A DNA stretch of 36,694 nucleotides from Octopus bimaculoides (GCF_001194135.2 NC_068983.1:70661362-70698055), one strand, 5' to 3'. Shown: positions 1 to 12,209, counted from the stretch's first letter. The notes: generated by a model not told the origin, from the sequence alone. Numbers and translations are program-made.

Positions 1-26
1 ATATATATATATATATATATATATAC

Positions 27-195
27 ATCGTGAAGTACTCGAAATGCAGAGTAGAAAAACAGCCGACAACTGATGAAGGGTCGTTCTTTATGTTGCTTGT
101 CTTGTTTTCCATTTCTTTCTTTCGGTGTTCGCGAAAAAATATTCGTACTTCATGTTGTTTACGTTCTATGACGTCCTGTACCAATTAATGCATCT
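27..195 (+). mobile_element. Short interspersed-repeat fragment, possibly a Penelope-like terminal piece
   Basis: Unique island between (TA)n arrays. It contains GTACTCGAAA..AGAGT and CTGATGA (70-76), which resemble hammerhead core halves. Family assignment is from recall only. Confidence 0.3.
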
Positions 196-506
196 GTATA
201 TATATGTATATGTAAGTATGTACATATATATGTATGTATGCATATATATACATATATTATTTATATTATATATATACATATATATATTTATATATAAATA
301 TATATAGATAGCTATAGATATAGATATACATACATACATGCTTACATGCATACATATATGCATACATACACATATACACATACATGCATACATACATACA
401 TACATACATACATACATGCATGCATACATACATACATACATACATACATACATGCATACATACATACATACATATATATATGTGTGTATGTATGTATGTA
501 TGTATG

Positions 507-574
<68 letters not shown>

Positions 575-650
575 TACTCACACGTACAGCGAAAGAAGGA
601 GAGAGAGACAGAGAGTGACAGAGAAAGAGAGATGAGAGGAAAGGAAAGCT
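196..650. repeat. Compound microsatellite (TA)n/(TACA)n/(TATG)n followed by a (GA)-rich tract
   Basis: Directly visible; explains the seven YIHT/MYVC-type ORFs. Confidence 0.97.
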
Positions 651-2318
651 AAAGAATCCAAATTTTATATAATAGCTTAGTTATTAACAATACAAGCAAC
701 GATCTATTAATAAAGTTATGGTTGCAAAGAAAGTGAGAATTGAATATCGCAAAAAATCTTTGCTTGGGGGATTTCATTTGCGATGGGAAGTGTAAAACCC
801 CGGAGGGATTTGAAATAAAAATACATAGCTGAAAATACGTAAGAGCCACGTTATCGTTGAGCTTCTAATACTTTGAAATATCGTATTGAGAAAACAAAAC
901 CTTTCAACTAAAATAGCGAAAGCTAAATGAAATGTGAAAATGAAGACTATACAATAAAATGTAAAATACATAGAATAATTAAAATTAATGTTGAAAATGA
1001 AAGGATGCAAATATAATTTAAAATTTCCGCAATAATGAAAGGATGAAGTTTTAATAAAATGTGATTTTGTTCGCCATAATTATGTTATAAACCTTATTGT
1101 AAAAGAACTGCAGGAAGTATAGAATATGATTCAAAAATATCGTTTGACGTAGCCTGTTACTGATGATTGAAATAATCAATAATTTCCTTAATCATGTGTT
1201 GTTTAAATGCATGCATTTTGATCAATGGCATTCGTAAGGAGACATCTGTAGTAATTTCTGTCAACCAGCATGTATTTCTTCTGTATACGAACAAACGAGA
1301 GGAGGGCTTCTACGTGGTCACTAACATTCTCGAAACAAAAGCCAAATCCTACTCATACCGCACCTCAAGCTTGTAAATAAGTTTAAAGACATATTAGTTA
1401 GTGCATTCTAAATACAATATATCAGAATATAAAAGAAGCGCTGCTCGTGTATGGAACACATTTGATAATGAATGAGCTCGATCAGTACTTATATGGTATT
1501 ATAACAATAAGAATATAATTTTTTTACATTCTAGATATAAATTGAAATTTTCTATATTTTAAAATTTGTAACCTCGTCATCAATTTTGACTCCCTAGTCA
1601 GGTGGTCAGTATACTCAGCAATTTTTGTAATTTCTTATTTGAAGATAAAATTTTTAACATTTTCCTGCACGGATAGTATGTAAAGTAAAGCACGGTATTC
1701 TGAGTTGAAACTGTCCCATAGTGCAGGGTGATATTTTAAGTTAAAGCTCATGTGTAACAGATGCTATAAGACAAATTGCCAAGTTTGTTAAATCAATCAT
1801 TTTATATAAAAACAGTAAAAGAGAAGAAAACGTTAAATTGTTGTTTCAGTTAAACAAATATACACATAAATATTTCACAGGGTTGAAGCTTCCATAAATT
1901 TCCACTACAATATGTGGTTTTAGATAAAATACAAAGCGCATTACCTCACAAATATAGAAGCACTACCAATAATCACATTAAGTATACTGCAACGAGTACT
2001 GAACATAAAAATTGTATTTTAATTATAGTATCCGTTCTGATATCATTTATTTGTTTCTCCATTAGTCCATCATTAATCACAAATTTGGATAAAAGCGATA
2101 GTACAACTTACTTTCCGTTACAAAATTTTTAATATCATTGTCGTAATTCTTTACAATAAACAAAGCAATTTTTGTTTTCAGCTTTAAGAAAAAATCATTA
2201 ACGGTTAATAACAACATTGACTACAAATATGTTTCTAAATTTACATAAAACATTAATGAAATATAGATAAGTATATAATAAAATATATATGAAAACTACA
2301 TATAATATAAATATATGT

Positions 2319-2356
<38 letters not shown>

Positions 2357-3269
2357 ACAGATATATGAACTATATCTCGTGATAAGCTTTTTAATTTTAA
2401 TCAATGTTTGTGAAGCATTTAGGAATTGTCTTAGGTCAGAGTTATGTTAGAGTGTGTTTATAAAAGAGATTTAAATGGCTTTCTAAATTGTGACTTAAGA
2501 TAGCTAATAAAAAGGGGTACAAAGTGTAAGAGATTCGGGCAAGATTAGAATAGTTAACCTTGGGATCAGTAGGGAGTTTGATGGAAACATTAAATAAAAA
2601 TGGAAGACGGAAGTTTTCATTCAGTGGTGAAAATGACTAGCTTAACTCTAGAATTGTCAAGAATTTTGGTTAAGAGTCTGGGAGAGATTTAATTTTCAGA
2701 AAACATGAGTTTATAGAATATATTAATGAATTGCATGCTAGATAACTTGTGGTACTGACAAACGAAGCTGAAGTGAATTCCGTGGTCCAAAGTCAAAAAA
2801 TTCTGTTATGGCGTTCGATGCATATTTTAAGAATAATAACTCATACCAGCAATGTTAGTGGCTATTAATGTGCTAGTATGTAAATTAGTAGAAGAAATAA
2901 GTGATTATAAAGTTAAGAAAGAGAACAAAAGTATTCCCAAATTACATAAAATGCATAGTAGAAGATTTAATACTGGAACTCAAAAGTAGGATAAATAAGT
3001 AACTGTTTTCTTTATGCAGCATTGATTGTGGTCTGGTCAGCTTTTACAAGATTACTTGAGAATAATTCACAATAGATGTACGTCTATTTCAGAGCATTAG
3101 ATCTGGCGAGGAATTTTTCAAAATCTTTAAATGTTACATTGAAAGTATGCATGTGTATGTTTTGTTTCCACATTTTATACGAACTAGGAGGAAAATAAAG
3201 TGGATGAAGGGAGATTTATAATTCAGTTCTATATTTAAGAGATGAAGAATTATGTACATTATTTACATT

Positions 3270-3397
3270 TGGCGAATATTTATCCTCATCTTGTTTATTG
3301 TTAACACAACGTTTCGGTTGATATACCCTCTAGCCTTCATCAGGTGTGTTGGGGAAATTTCGAACCTGGGTTCTCACTCCTAAGGTATTTTTTCGAT

Positions 3398-3398
<1 letters not shown>
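3270..3398 (-). mobile_element. Penelope-like element terminal (pLTR) fragment
   Basis: The minus strand reads ...ccccaacacacCTGATGAaggctagagggtatatcaaccGAAACGTTgtgttaacaataaacaagatgagg. This is the minimal hammerhead layout typical of Penelope-like termini, and it abuts an (AAC/AAT)n array. Confidence 0.55.
3303..3350 (-). ncRNA. Minimal type I hammerhead ribozyme motif (partly decayed)
   Basis: CUGAUGA core, stem II closed by GG/CC, GAAAC, palindromic AACGUU stem III, GUU triplet, and stem I ACAC/GUGU. Confidence 0.55.
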
Positions 3399-4321
<923 letters not shown>

Positions 4322-4586
4322 GTATGTAGTCATGTTTGGTTACTAATAAGTGTTTTATCACATTGCTACGTTAGCTATGACAGTATCTTAACGGTTTCGG
4401 AGTGTACACCTCCCCTTGTATTTATCGCTACCTGTAAATCTAGTACGGCTGAGTTAAACATTTTTGAAATAGGCTCCTAGCTATTTATGTAATTAAACTT
4501 CGTGATCATTTTTATGATGTTTATAATTGACCTTATTTTATTTAATTCAATTTACGTGTCCTTAAGACATAGGACTCATATACCAA

Positions 4587-4894
4587 GTGAACGCGCGTGG
4601 TTTAGTGGTTAAGTATTCGGCTCACGATTGTAAGGTCGTGAGTTCAATTTCCCACAACACGTTGTGTCCTTGAGCAAGACACTTTATTCCACTTTGTTCC
4701 AGTCCATTCAGATGGCAATACCTGTATTTCAAAGAGCCTGACTTGTAACATTCTGTGTCAAGCTGAATCTCCCTGAAAATTACGTTAAGGGTACACGTTT
4801 CTGTGGAGTGTTCAGTCACTTGCACGTTAATTTCACAAGCAGGTTGTTCAGTTTGATCGGATCAACTCGTTGTCGACTTCGTAACCGACGGAGT
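4587..4894 (+). mobile_element. tRNA-derived SINE, near full length
   Basis: A box TGGTTTAGTGG (4598-4608), B box GAGTTCAATTTC (4640-4651), and CORE-like GTGTCCTTGAGCAAGACACTTT. A reverse fragment of the same body occurs at ~27738-27768. Confidence 0.85.
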
Positions 4895-4899
4895 TATAG

Positions 4900-5840
4900 T
4901 TCATGTCTGTTTATTTCTTTTGTTTAATCTCATTTATGAAGTGTAGCATAATGTTTGATTTGCCTGTAATTTCTTTTATCGTGGTGAGATTTATGTTTAA
5001 CATATTTGATTCAATATAAGTTATAAACATTTAGTGTAGTAGTCTCACTTTCAGTACAGCACGTATATTAGCCAGTTGGTGTAATTATGGTTCCTTATTT
5101 TTCGCTACGCTGGAGGTAATTTAATTAGTTTGTTGTTTAATTACCACAAGTGTAATGCGCTTTTCGTTTTATTCATTTCCACCTTAGTAATCATTAATTC
5201 ATAGGTTAAGTAAGCAATATTCCGTTTATTCCTTTATTTCAACTGTGTTTGTTAAGCACTAGTTTAATGTTTGTCCATTGATTTCAATTATCGGAAAGAA
5301 TTGGGTTCCAGGCAGATTCTGTAAGCTGAACATTTATTATTTTTTTGTCGTTGTTGGTTTTGAAAAATGCATTTGTGATGTGTCATGGATTCTGGTCTAT
5401 TAAAATATGTGTGCATGACATTATTTTTTATATCTTACAATTCCAGAATAACATTAAAACTTCTTTTGCTACTGTGAATACCGCTGGATTGAGCAGTTAT
5501 ACTTGGGGTCAAAACTATAATGATTTCCGTTGGAGGAGCTGATGGCTATACTTCAATGATCACTTAAGTGTAAATTGTTGCTATTGTGATCGTCAATATG
5601 TCTCCGTTTTGGTTCGGTATTGAGTATGCTCTTCAGCATTATTATATCTCTAATTTGTTGTCCTAGCGGGTTTAGATTTCTCCTATTGCTCGATATGGGA
5701 TTGGGTTTTGTTTTCTTGATACTACTGTAGCATTAGTTTATGGTAAGAATTTTTATGGTTTTATATCTAATTGAATTCAGGTGGAAGTTTTCATTTGGTT
5801 ATTAGCAACAGTGTATCAGGACATTAATGACAAAATTATT
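4900..5840 (-). mobile_element. Highly decayed Penelope-like (Neptune-type RT thumb + GIY-YIG) remnant
   Basis: Manual minus-strand translation gives PSAPPTEIIIVLTPSITAQSSGIHSSKRSFN, resembling the SNHPP..II..LP.SI..R.S..SS....FN post-RT motif. Downstream is a GIY-YIG-like stretch (YVKHKSHHDKRK). Many stops and frameshifts. Confidence 0.4.
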
Positions 5841-6027
5841 GTGTTAGATATTAGATAATAAATACGTTATGGTGGATTGAGACTTATATATGTATATAAT
5901 ACAAATATATCTAATAGCAAGTATATGGAATAAATATAATAGAACGAATAGCATGATACCGTAGGCTGCAGGTAGTAAGTCCGCTACGCATGCAAGCTCC
6001 AACAAAACCTGTGATAAAGAGAAAACA

Positions 6028-6137
6028 ATAATAATAATAATAATAATAATGTTAATAATAATAATAATTTCTACTGGAAGCACAAGGCCTCACATTCTGG
6101 AGAAAAGATTAAGCTGATTACATCGACCCCAGTGCTG
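6028..6137 (-). mobile_element. SINE 3' tail with (ATT)n end
   Basis: The + strand ACAAGGCCTC...GATTACATCGACCCCAGTGCT matches the tail of the SINE at 35740-35929; (AAT)n lies at 6028-6068. Confidence 0.55.
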
Positions 6138-6147
6138 TTAATCTTGA

Positions 6148-6270
6148 TATGAGGTCACCATGTGGCGTACATATGGTTGTGATACATGTGCCTAATGTTC
6201 CCTTATCAGACGGGTAGTCATGATGGCTATACTGGACCGTTTATATTTTACCCCGGTGTCACTTTGATGC
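6148..6270 (+). mobile_element. 3' part of a second SINE-like repeat
   Basis: ATATGGTTGTGATACATGTGCC...CCCTTATCAGACGGGTAGTCATGATGG...TTTTACCCC is recalled as an abundant octopod repeat tail; there is no in-window second copy. Confidence 0.4.
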
Positions 6271-6470
6271 AGCAATAAGATCTTGAGAAGTACATAGAAC
6301 AAATAGGGGCTGCAATACGGGTGGAACACTTGCAGAAAACAGCACTGCTTGGAACTGCTCGAATATTCCGGATGGGGCTCGAAACATAAAGGATGTTACT
6401 TTAGTTCACTGGTAGTGAACAGCTGACACCATAGTACATCTCCAGCGTTAGAAGTTGTGCAAAGACAATA
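6271..6470 (+). mobile_element. R4/Dong-type non-LTR retrotransposon 3' end (family A)
   Basis: DLEKYIEQIGAAIRVEHLQKTALLGTARIFRMGLET* (6279-6389) is a typical RLE C-terminus. The 3'UTR is nearly identical to 33656-33735 and is followed by an AAT/AAC array. Confidence 0.85.
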
Positions 6471-6555
6471 TGATGGTGATAATAATAATGATGATAACAG
6501 CAACAACAACAACGACAACAACGACAACAACAACAACAATGATAATGATTATAAT
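6471..6555. repeat. Mixed (AAT)/(GAT)/(AAC) trinucleotide array (LINE tail)
   Basis: Directly visible. Confidence 0.95.
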
Positions 6556-7140
6556 GCTGAACGTCTGTGTCACGCTGGTGCAACAGTGTGGTACATTGTT
6601 AGTGAATGCCCGAAATTGGTACAATGTGAATGCAATAGGTGATGCATCAATGTAGCAAGAATGATCCATTAGGAGCATTGTGGAAATTATGGCATTCAAA
6701 GATTAAATTGTGACCATCAGGTTAAACATCAGAAACTGATGTTGTCGTGAACTGAAATAAAAAAGAAAACATGCCTGATATAACGTTGTGATGACAACGG
6801 AATCGAAGAGAAAGGATATGTATGAAAAAGAGAACAACTATGGTGAATTGAATTGAGAAATAAGTAAATTGTGGGTAATGTAGAAAGTCAACGTTATAGC
6901 AATAGTGATTGGTGCACTTGGAAGTATCAGTACCCTATTATCAACATGATTCAAAAGGACTGGAGTGAATGTAAAGGTAAAATTCTCACAAAAATCACCA
7001 TGGCTTGGAACTGCAAGAGTCTTCCGTAGGGTCCTTGAAACATAATCAATAAACAGGTGTCGCTTTAGTCTGGTGGCTTTGGACAGCTGACACTTACTGT
7101 CATACCCAGCAAAATAAAACTGAAAATTTTCATGATATAG
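6556..7140 (+). mobile_element. R4/Dong-type retrotransposon 3' fragment (family B): CCHC knuckle + RLE + 3'UTR
   Basis: RLCHAGATVWYIVSECPKLVQ (zinc knuckle), VIAIVIGALGSI, and WLGTARVFRRVLET* (stop 7043-7045). Decayed. Confidence 0.8.
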
Positions 7141-7192
7141 CAACAACAGTAATAATAAAGATGATAATAATGATGATGACGACGGCGACGAC

Positions 7193-7252
<60 letters not shown>

Positions 7253-7279
7253 GAAGGTGATGATGATGATGATGATGAT
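7141..7279. repeat. (AAT)/(GAT)n microsatellite
   Basis: Directly visible. Confidence 0.96.
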
Positions 7280-9454
7280 AAACGTGTATATATCTAAAAT
7301 GTATTTTGTGTGAGCGGGTGCGTGTTTGTGTAAAGTAGCAGAGACGGTCAAGTTATAGGAAAAAACAAAGGGTCATCACACTGGGACATACAAAAATTTG
7401 ATCGCTTCATCAGTTGTTAATTGGAAATCCAAAAAATGTTATCAGTGTTGTTAATTTCACAGTAACGAAGAGAAAGACGCGTGCGCACGAAAACCGTTCA
7501 AAGACAAGGAAAAAATTAGCATCCAGATTCGTTGGAAACCGATAAATACAAAATGAAGCAAGAATGCACAAGCTCTTTCATTTAAAATATAATTATAAGG
7601 CAAGGTGTGAGATGTGCAGGAAATTTACAGGCAATGTCGAAACGGACAGTGAAATCTCAGTATGTGTGCTCTTACGACTTAACAATAATTTTAAGACGGA
7701 AAATACAGAACACTATAAAACTATCAAGTAGGTAATAGCATAAATGATCTTCCGACCTTTAAGGTACATAAAATGATGCATAGGAAAAGTAGAATGGCTT
7801 ATTGTCTTAAACTGAGGGAGATGAAAAAAGACATCTAGTTGCTGAGAGAGTAGGCTTACTGAAGGAAAAGTGGGAAAGTAAAATGCCTTATGGGAAGATG
7901 TAGAAGATTGTGACAGGCCAGTGATGATAGAAAGATGGTGACAAAAAAGACAGAAGAGGAAAATCGATGAACTGAACAACACTGATGGTAGGACAGAAAG
8001 AGATAAAGAGAAGTGGCTAGAAGTGCTATATCTCCGAGAAAGAAAACGGTGAGAAGGTAATAGAAAATGCAGAAGATAAGAGACAGCAACAGAAATAAAA
8101 GGGCTATAGGTGAGGAAAACAGAGAGAGGGTAACAAAAATAGAGAACACGATGGTAGTTAACATAGAGAAACGTGCTGTATAGTTCAGACAAATCGAAGA
8201 GAAGATAATTGGAACTTGATAAGGTGATAGATAGCAACAGAGAGAAAGCTGAGAAAAACAAAATGGAGACTGATTGAGTTTTAGTATAAAATCACTGCTA
8301 CTCTTTTGTATCAACTCTAAAAGTAACTCGCCCTCAATGACTCCATCTCACTTATAGTAAATCTGTAATATATGCTGTAAGTGCATTACACAGAGAAATG
8401 TAATGGAAGCGTTGCTCAGCCGGTAGTATTTCATTGAGAAATACTGCTGAATTCACACTTTACCAAAGATTAATTAGATTAATAAATGCAAAGTGGATGT
8501 GGAACTTCAGGAAAATGAGTACAGGATCAAATTTCATTTCTATGAAATAGATTTATGAAATAGATTTATCTCCCTTGCGCCGCTGATTTCTAACAAAAAC
8601 CAGTAATGCAGCATCACTCATTTAGCTTCATCGAAAATGGTAAATATTTTTTTTTTTCATCAAATATTATCTGCCGTTGTTGGATCCTAACACACTTCAA
8701 ACTTTGCATGTGAAGCAATTGCATGCATCATTATCGTTGTCTCTGCCACCAGCGATAACGTTGTCGTCATCATTAATATTATTATTATTTCTTTCTAGCA
8801 TATAAATAGAAATATTTGTTTCCAGGATCCATAAAGTTAATCATTTCGAAAACCTTTTGCAATATGAATCAAAAAATTAGCCACTAGAATACTTATTTAA
8901 TAAGTTAGAAAATATACTGCAATTAAACATTTCCAGTATAGAAGCAACACAATAAAAACAAAATGAAAACAATTAAAATCTTTCAGAAATCAATAATGAT
9001 AAATATTATCGTATCATGCGCGTAACGAAAATTAAAATTTTGCCAGATATGTCAGGTAAAAACAAACAAACAAATAATGTATAACTGAAATAATAACAAA
9101 GAAGTAAAGAAGTTCTGGTTTCTTGATCGGACTCTGTGTTTTTGAAAATCGTTTCTTTTTAAATTAGAGATAAATGAGAAAAGATTCCGAGATCAATATC
9201 ATATTAAACGCGTCAGTTGTTCTCTTCAGTAAATCAAGGGATTTTCCACCGAAATTGCATTTATAATACCACTGAATTGGAGGGAGGAGAAGAAAGCGAA
9301 CAAAATGTAAGCCGAGAGAAGAAACAAAACAGCTTGCTGGAAATGTGATAAAGAGGCACATAATGATATCGTTATATAATAGAGAGCCATGCTGGATACA
9401 ACATCAAGCCCAGAGTTGGCTAAGAGTTAATGATGTGTAATAGACTATTCTCAT

Positions 9455-9463
9455 GTGTGTGTG

Positions 9464-9495
<32 letters not shown>

Positions 9496-9910
9496 CATGT
9501 ATGTATGTATGAATGTATATATGAATGTGTTTGTATGAATGTCTATTATGTATGCATATATGTAAGTATGCATGCATTATGTATGTAAATGATAGATATT
9601 TCGAGCAACAACTTGGGATGTATGTATGCATATATATATATATNNNNNNNNNNNNNNNNNNNNNNNNNNNNNNNNNNNNNNNNNNNNNNNNNNNNNNNNN
9701 NNNNNNNTATATGTATATATATATATGGGTGCATTTATGCATGTATGTGGATGTATGTTGATGTGTACGTATACTCATAATTTTACGCTTATAGATATAT
9801 GCATTCATATTTAAACATATCTACACATACTGACAAAGAAATACACATGCACACGTTTACATGTGTGTACATATATGCTTACACACATACTCACACATAT
9901 TTACACACCG
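9455..9910. repeat. Compound (TATG)/(TA)/(CA) microsatellite spanning an assembly gap (N 9644-9707)
   Basis: Directly visible. Confidence 0.93.
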
Positions 9911-10479
9911 ATACAATGCATAATAAACATTCTATATTTGTGAAATGTGAAAGAATCTCAGTAAGAGGCTGACAATGAATTTTCTCGAAGACAAAATTTT
10001 TTATGTGCACACTAGCATACGAAAGATTGAGAGTCATAGGAAAATAATCCTATAATCCTCCTTGAAAACAGGCACTATTCGAACGAAAATAATGGATGCC
10101 ATTCTAAACGAAGTCATGTATCCAAGTCAAAATAGAAAATAAATGGAAATTTCTGTTATTGAGACACAATAACTGAACCAGTTTCAGTGATTACAACGAA
10201 GGAATGTCAGCAACAATGCGACACTTGGTATAAGGGCATTGGAAGTGTGATTAGTAGCTTTAAATTTCAACAGGAATATTTCTAGTTACGCAGATATAAA
10301 GACTTTATGCGATACAAAAACTCCAGTATCTTTAGTTCTTTAGTTCTCTGATTTCTGGTCAAGACGAGGCAGCGACCTATGCACTGTACTGCGTTGTATT
10401 TAATGAGTGTATTTTCGTGTTTTCATTGTTTGACTTTTGTATGTTCATAGTTAGAAACTAAGCGTAACCTGCTGAATGT

Positions 10480-12120
10480 GTCTGATAGGAAACGTGTTAT
10501 AAACCTGTTGTTGCTTAAAATAGAAATGCGCGAGTAAGTTGTCTTTCACAACGACTACTTTTAATGGATTTGTTTCTTAGTTTGACCGGTTCATTAAAGC
10601 GAATAATTTTCAACGCATGCTGCCGAATGTGGCAAAATATTTAAATTAATCATAATATTGGACGATAAATAGTATTTAGAATTATGATGTTTATCTTCTA
10701 CGTTTTTTAGCCTGTTCAAGTAACCAGGAATATTTTCTATAGGGACGGGTAAATTATCAGCTGTTAAACAATTTCTCCATTGATCTCAAGATCATTTAGA
10801 CTCCATTCTAGCACATTTGCATGGGGAATGGACAGATTGTGGAATGATAGCCGGAGGATATATGCTTAGATCATAGTCTACCCTTGGGTCTAATATCTTT
10901 AGTTCAGTGATAATTTCATTTCCACAGAAAAGAAACTTTTCTCCTATTTGAAAACAAATTTCCTCTGGGAATTTTAAGCAGTCATAAATGTTCTAAACCC
11001 GATTTTATCATCAAAAGGTTCACTAATTAAATGTGCTGTTGTCTTTCCTTCAAGATAAACATCATTAATGTTTTTGTAATTGCTTTTATTGCTTGGATCA
11101 ATTATTGAAAATTTAATGTTCTTTATGAATTCGTTTTTAATAACGAAACTCAAGAGATTGTTTATACTTTAATGTTGTCAGATGATATAACCTGAAATGC
11201 ATACAGTCCTACATTCAGTAAAATGACCTCCTGCAGCACGTACTGAAGATAAAGTATAAAATCCTGGTTTTGTGATTGCTTAATATCTTGACACTATCCA
11301 GGTTGTTAACTTCCGATTCACTTACGAAGATGATGTAAAGCAATAAATTGTTCCAATTACTGTAACAATTGTTCTGCATGAAAGTCACCGTGTTTTTGAC
11401 AAGTTTGCCATTTTGTTACAAGTTGTTATAATTTTTTTCTTTAGTTAAGAAAACCCGTTGTATCTTCTTAAAACAAGAAAATTAAGACGTTAAATCTTTT
11501 AATACGTCTCTAAATATAAGTACAATACATTGACAGCATAATTAGCACAAATTGGAAAAACGACGGACGCACACCATAATAAAAATGAAACGCACACCAT
11601 TATTCAATAATTTCTCGGACTTATTTTTGGTACTTACCATTAAGAATAATTATTAGTTATTAATCCAATAATATCTTTAGATTTTTCCTTCATGCATAAT
11701 AAACTTAAAGTTATTATAAATACCAAAAGCCGTTTCATTTTCAGAGATTATAAATATGTCTACATAAATATGTCTACAACACCACGTTCATTCAAATCGA
11801 AATAACTCACAACTATAACTAACATCTGGGTAAACGAAATGTCTTGTTCTTCACTAATTATGATTAAATAATTCTGTCGTACATATTTCCGTTACCGCTA
11901 TTTTTCACGGAAATCTATTCCATCCTCGTAAAAGTTTTGCTCTCTTCATTGGTAATCTTTCAGTAACGATCACACGTTACGCATCTTCCTTCCAAGGACT
12001 GCTGTAAACAGCAGAAGTGAGCTAGAACGTTAAAACATATTGCGCATGCACAACACAATTCAAAGTCAATCTGTGCAAAGCGGCTTTACTCTCCATGCTT
12101 TAGCTTCGTTACTATGGCAA
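10480..12120 (-). mobile_element. Decayed hAT-superfamily transposase
   Basis: Manual minus-strand translation gives, in the expected order: YLIIISEEQDISFTQMLVIVVSYFDLNE (first catalytic strand), KDIIGL, IMVCVRR (CxxH position), LCANYA, LSKTR*LS (TRWLS motif), IDPSNKSNYKNINDVYLEGK, ELKILDP, DQWRN, and LNILPHSAACVE (C-terminal dimerisation motif). Many stops and frameshifts; TIRs not identified. Confidence 0.8.
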
Positions 12121-12121
12121 C
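12108..12121. promoter_or_regulatory. Candidate RFX X-box GTTACTATGGCAAC
   Basis: Exact match to GTTRCYATRGYAAC. An NRF1-like TGCGCATGCACA lies at 12041-12052. No transcript evidence, and the site overlaps the edge of the hAT remnant. Confidence 0.3.
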
Positions 12122-12152
12122 AGTCCGGATACCTATTGATCAGACCTCGTGT

Positions 12153-12159
12153 GAATATA

Positions 12160-12205
<46 letters not shown>
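12153..12205. repeat. (TA)n microsatellite
   Basis: Directly visible. Confidence 0.97.

Positions 12206-12209
<4 letters not shown>

Noticed and set aside
125-652. Seven overlapping ORFs with YIHT/MYVC repeats
   Set aside because: Translations of (TA)/(TACA) microsatellites, which lack stop codons by construction.
2440-3060. Possible Tc1-like transposase trace (..GRRK.., IVVWSAF)
   Set aside because: Only two weak motif resemblances among many stops; cannot be supported without an HMM search.
7713-8314. 182-aa and 152-aa F/L/S-rich minus-strand ORFs resembling membrane proteins
   Set aside because: Antisense of a purine-rich low-complexity tract; no family motif.
8826-9055. AG/GT-bounded + strand frame with three TAA/TAG stops
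   Set aside because: The stop density is not clearly below that expected for AT-rich DNA, and the protein is not recognisable.
9170-9375. RRNKTACWKCDKEAH resembling a piggyBac Cys-rich tail
   Set aside because: Incomplete Cys/His pattern and no supporting DDD-domain motifs.
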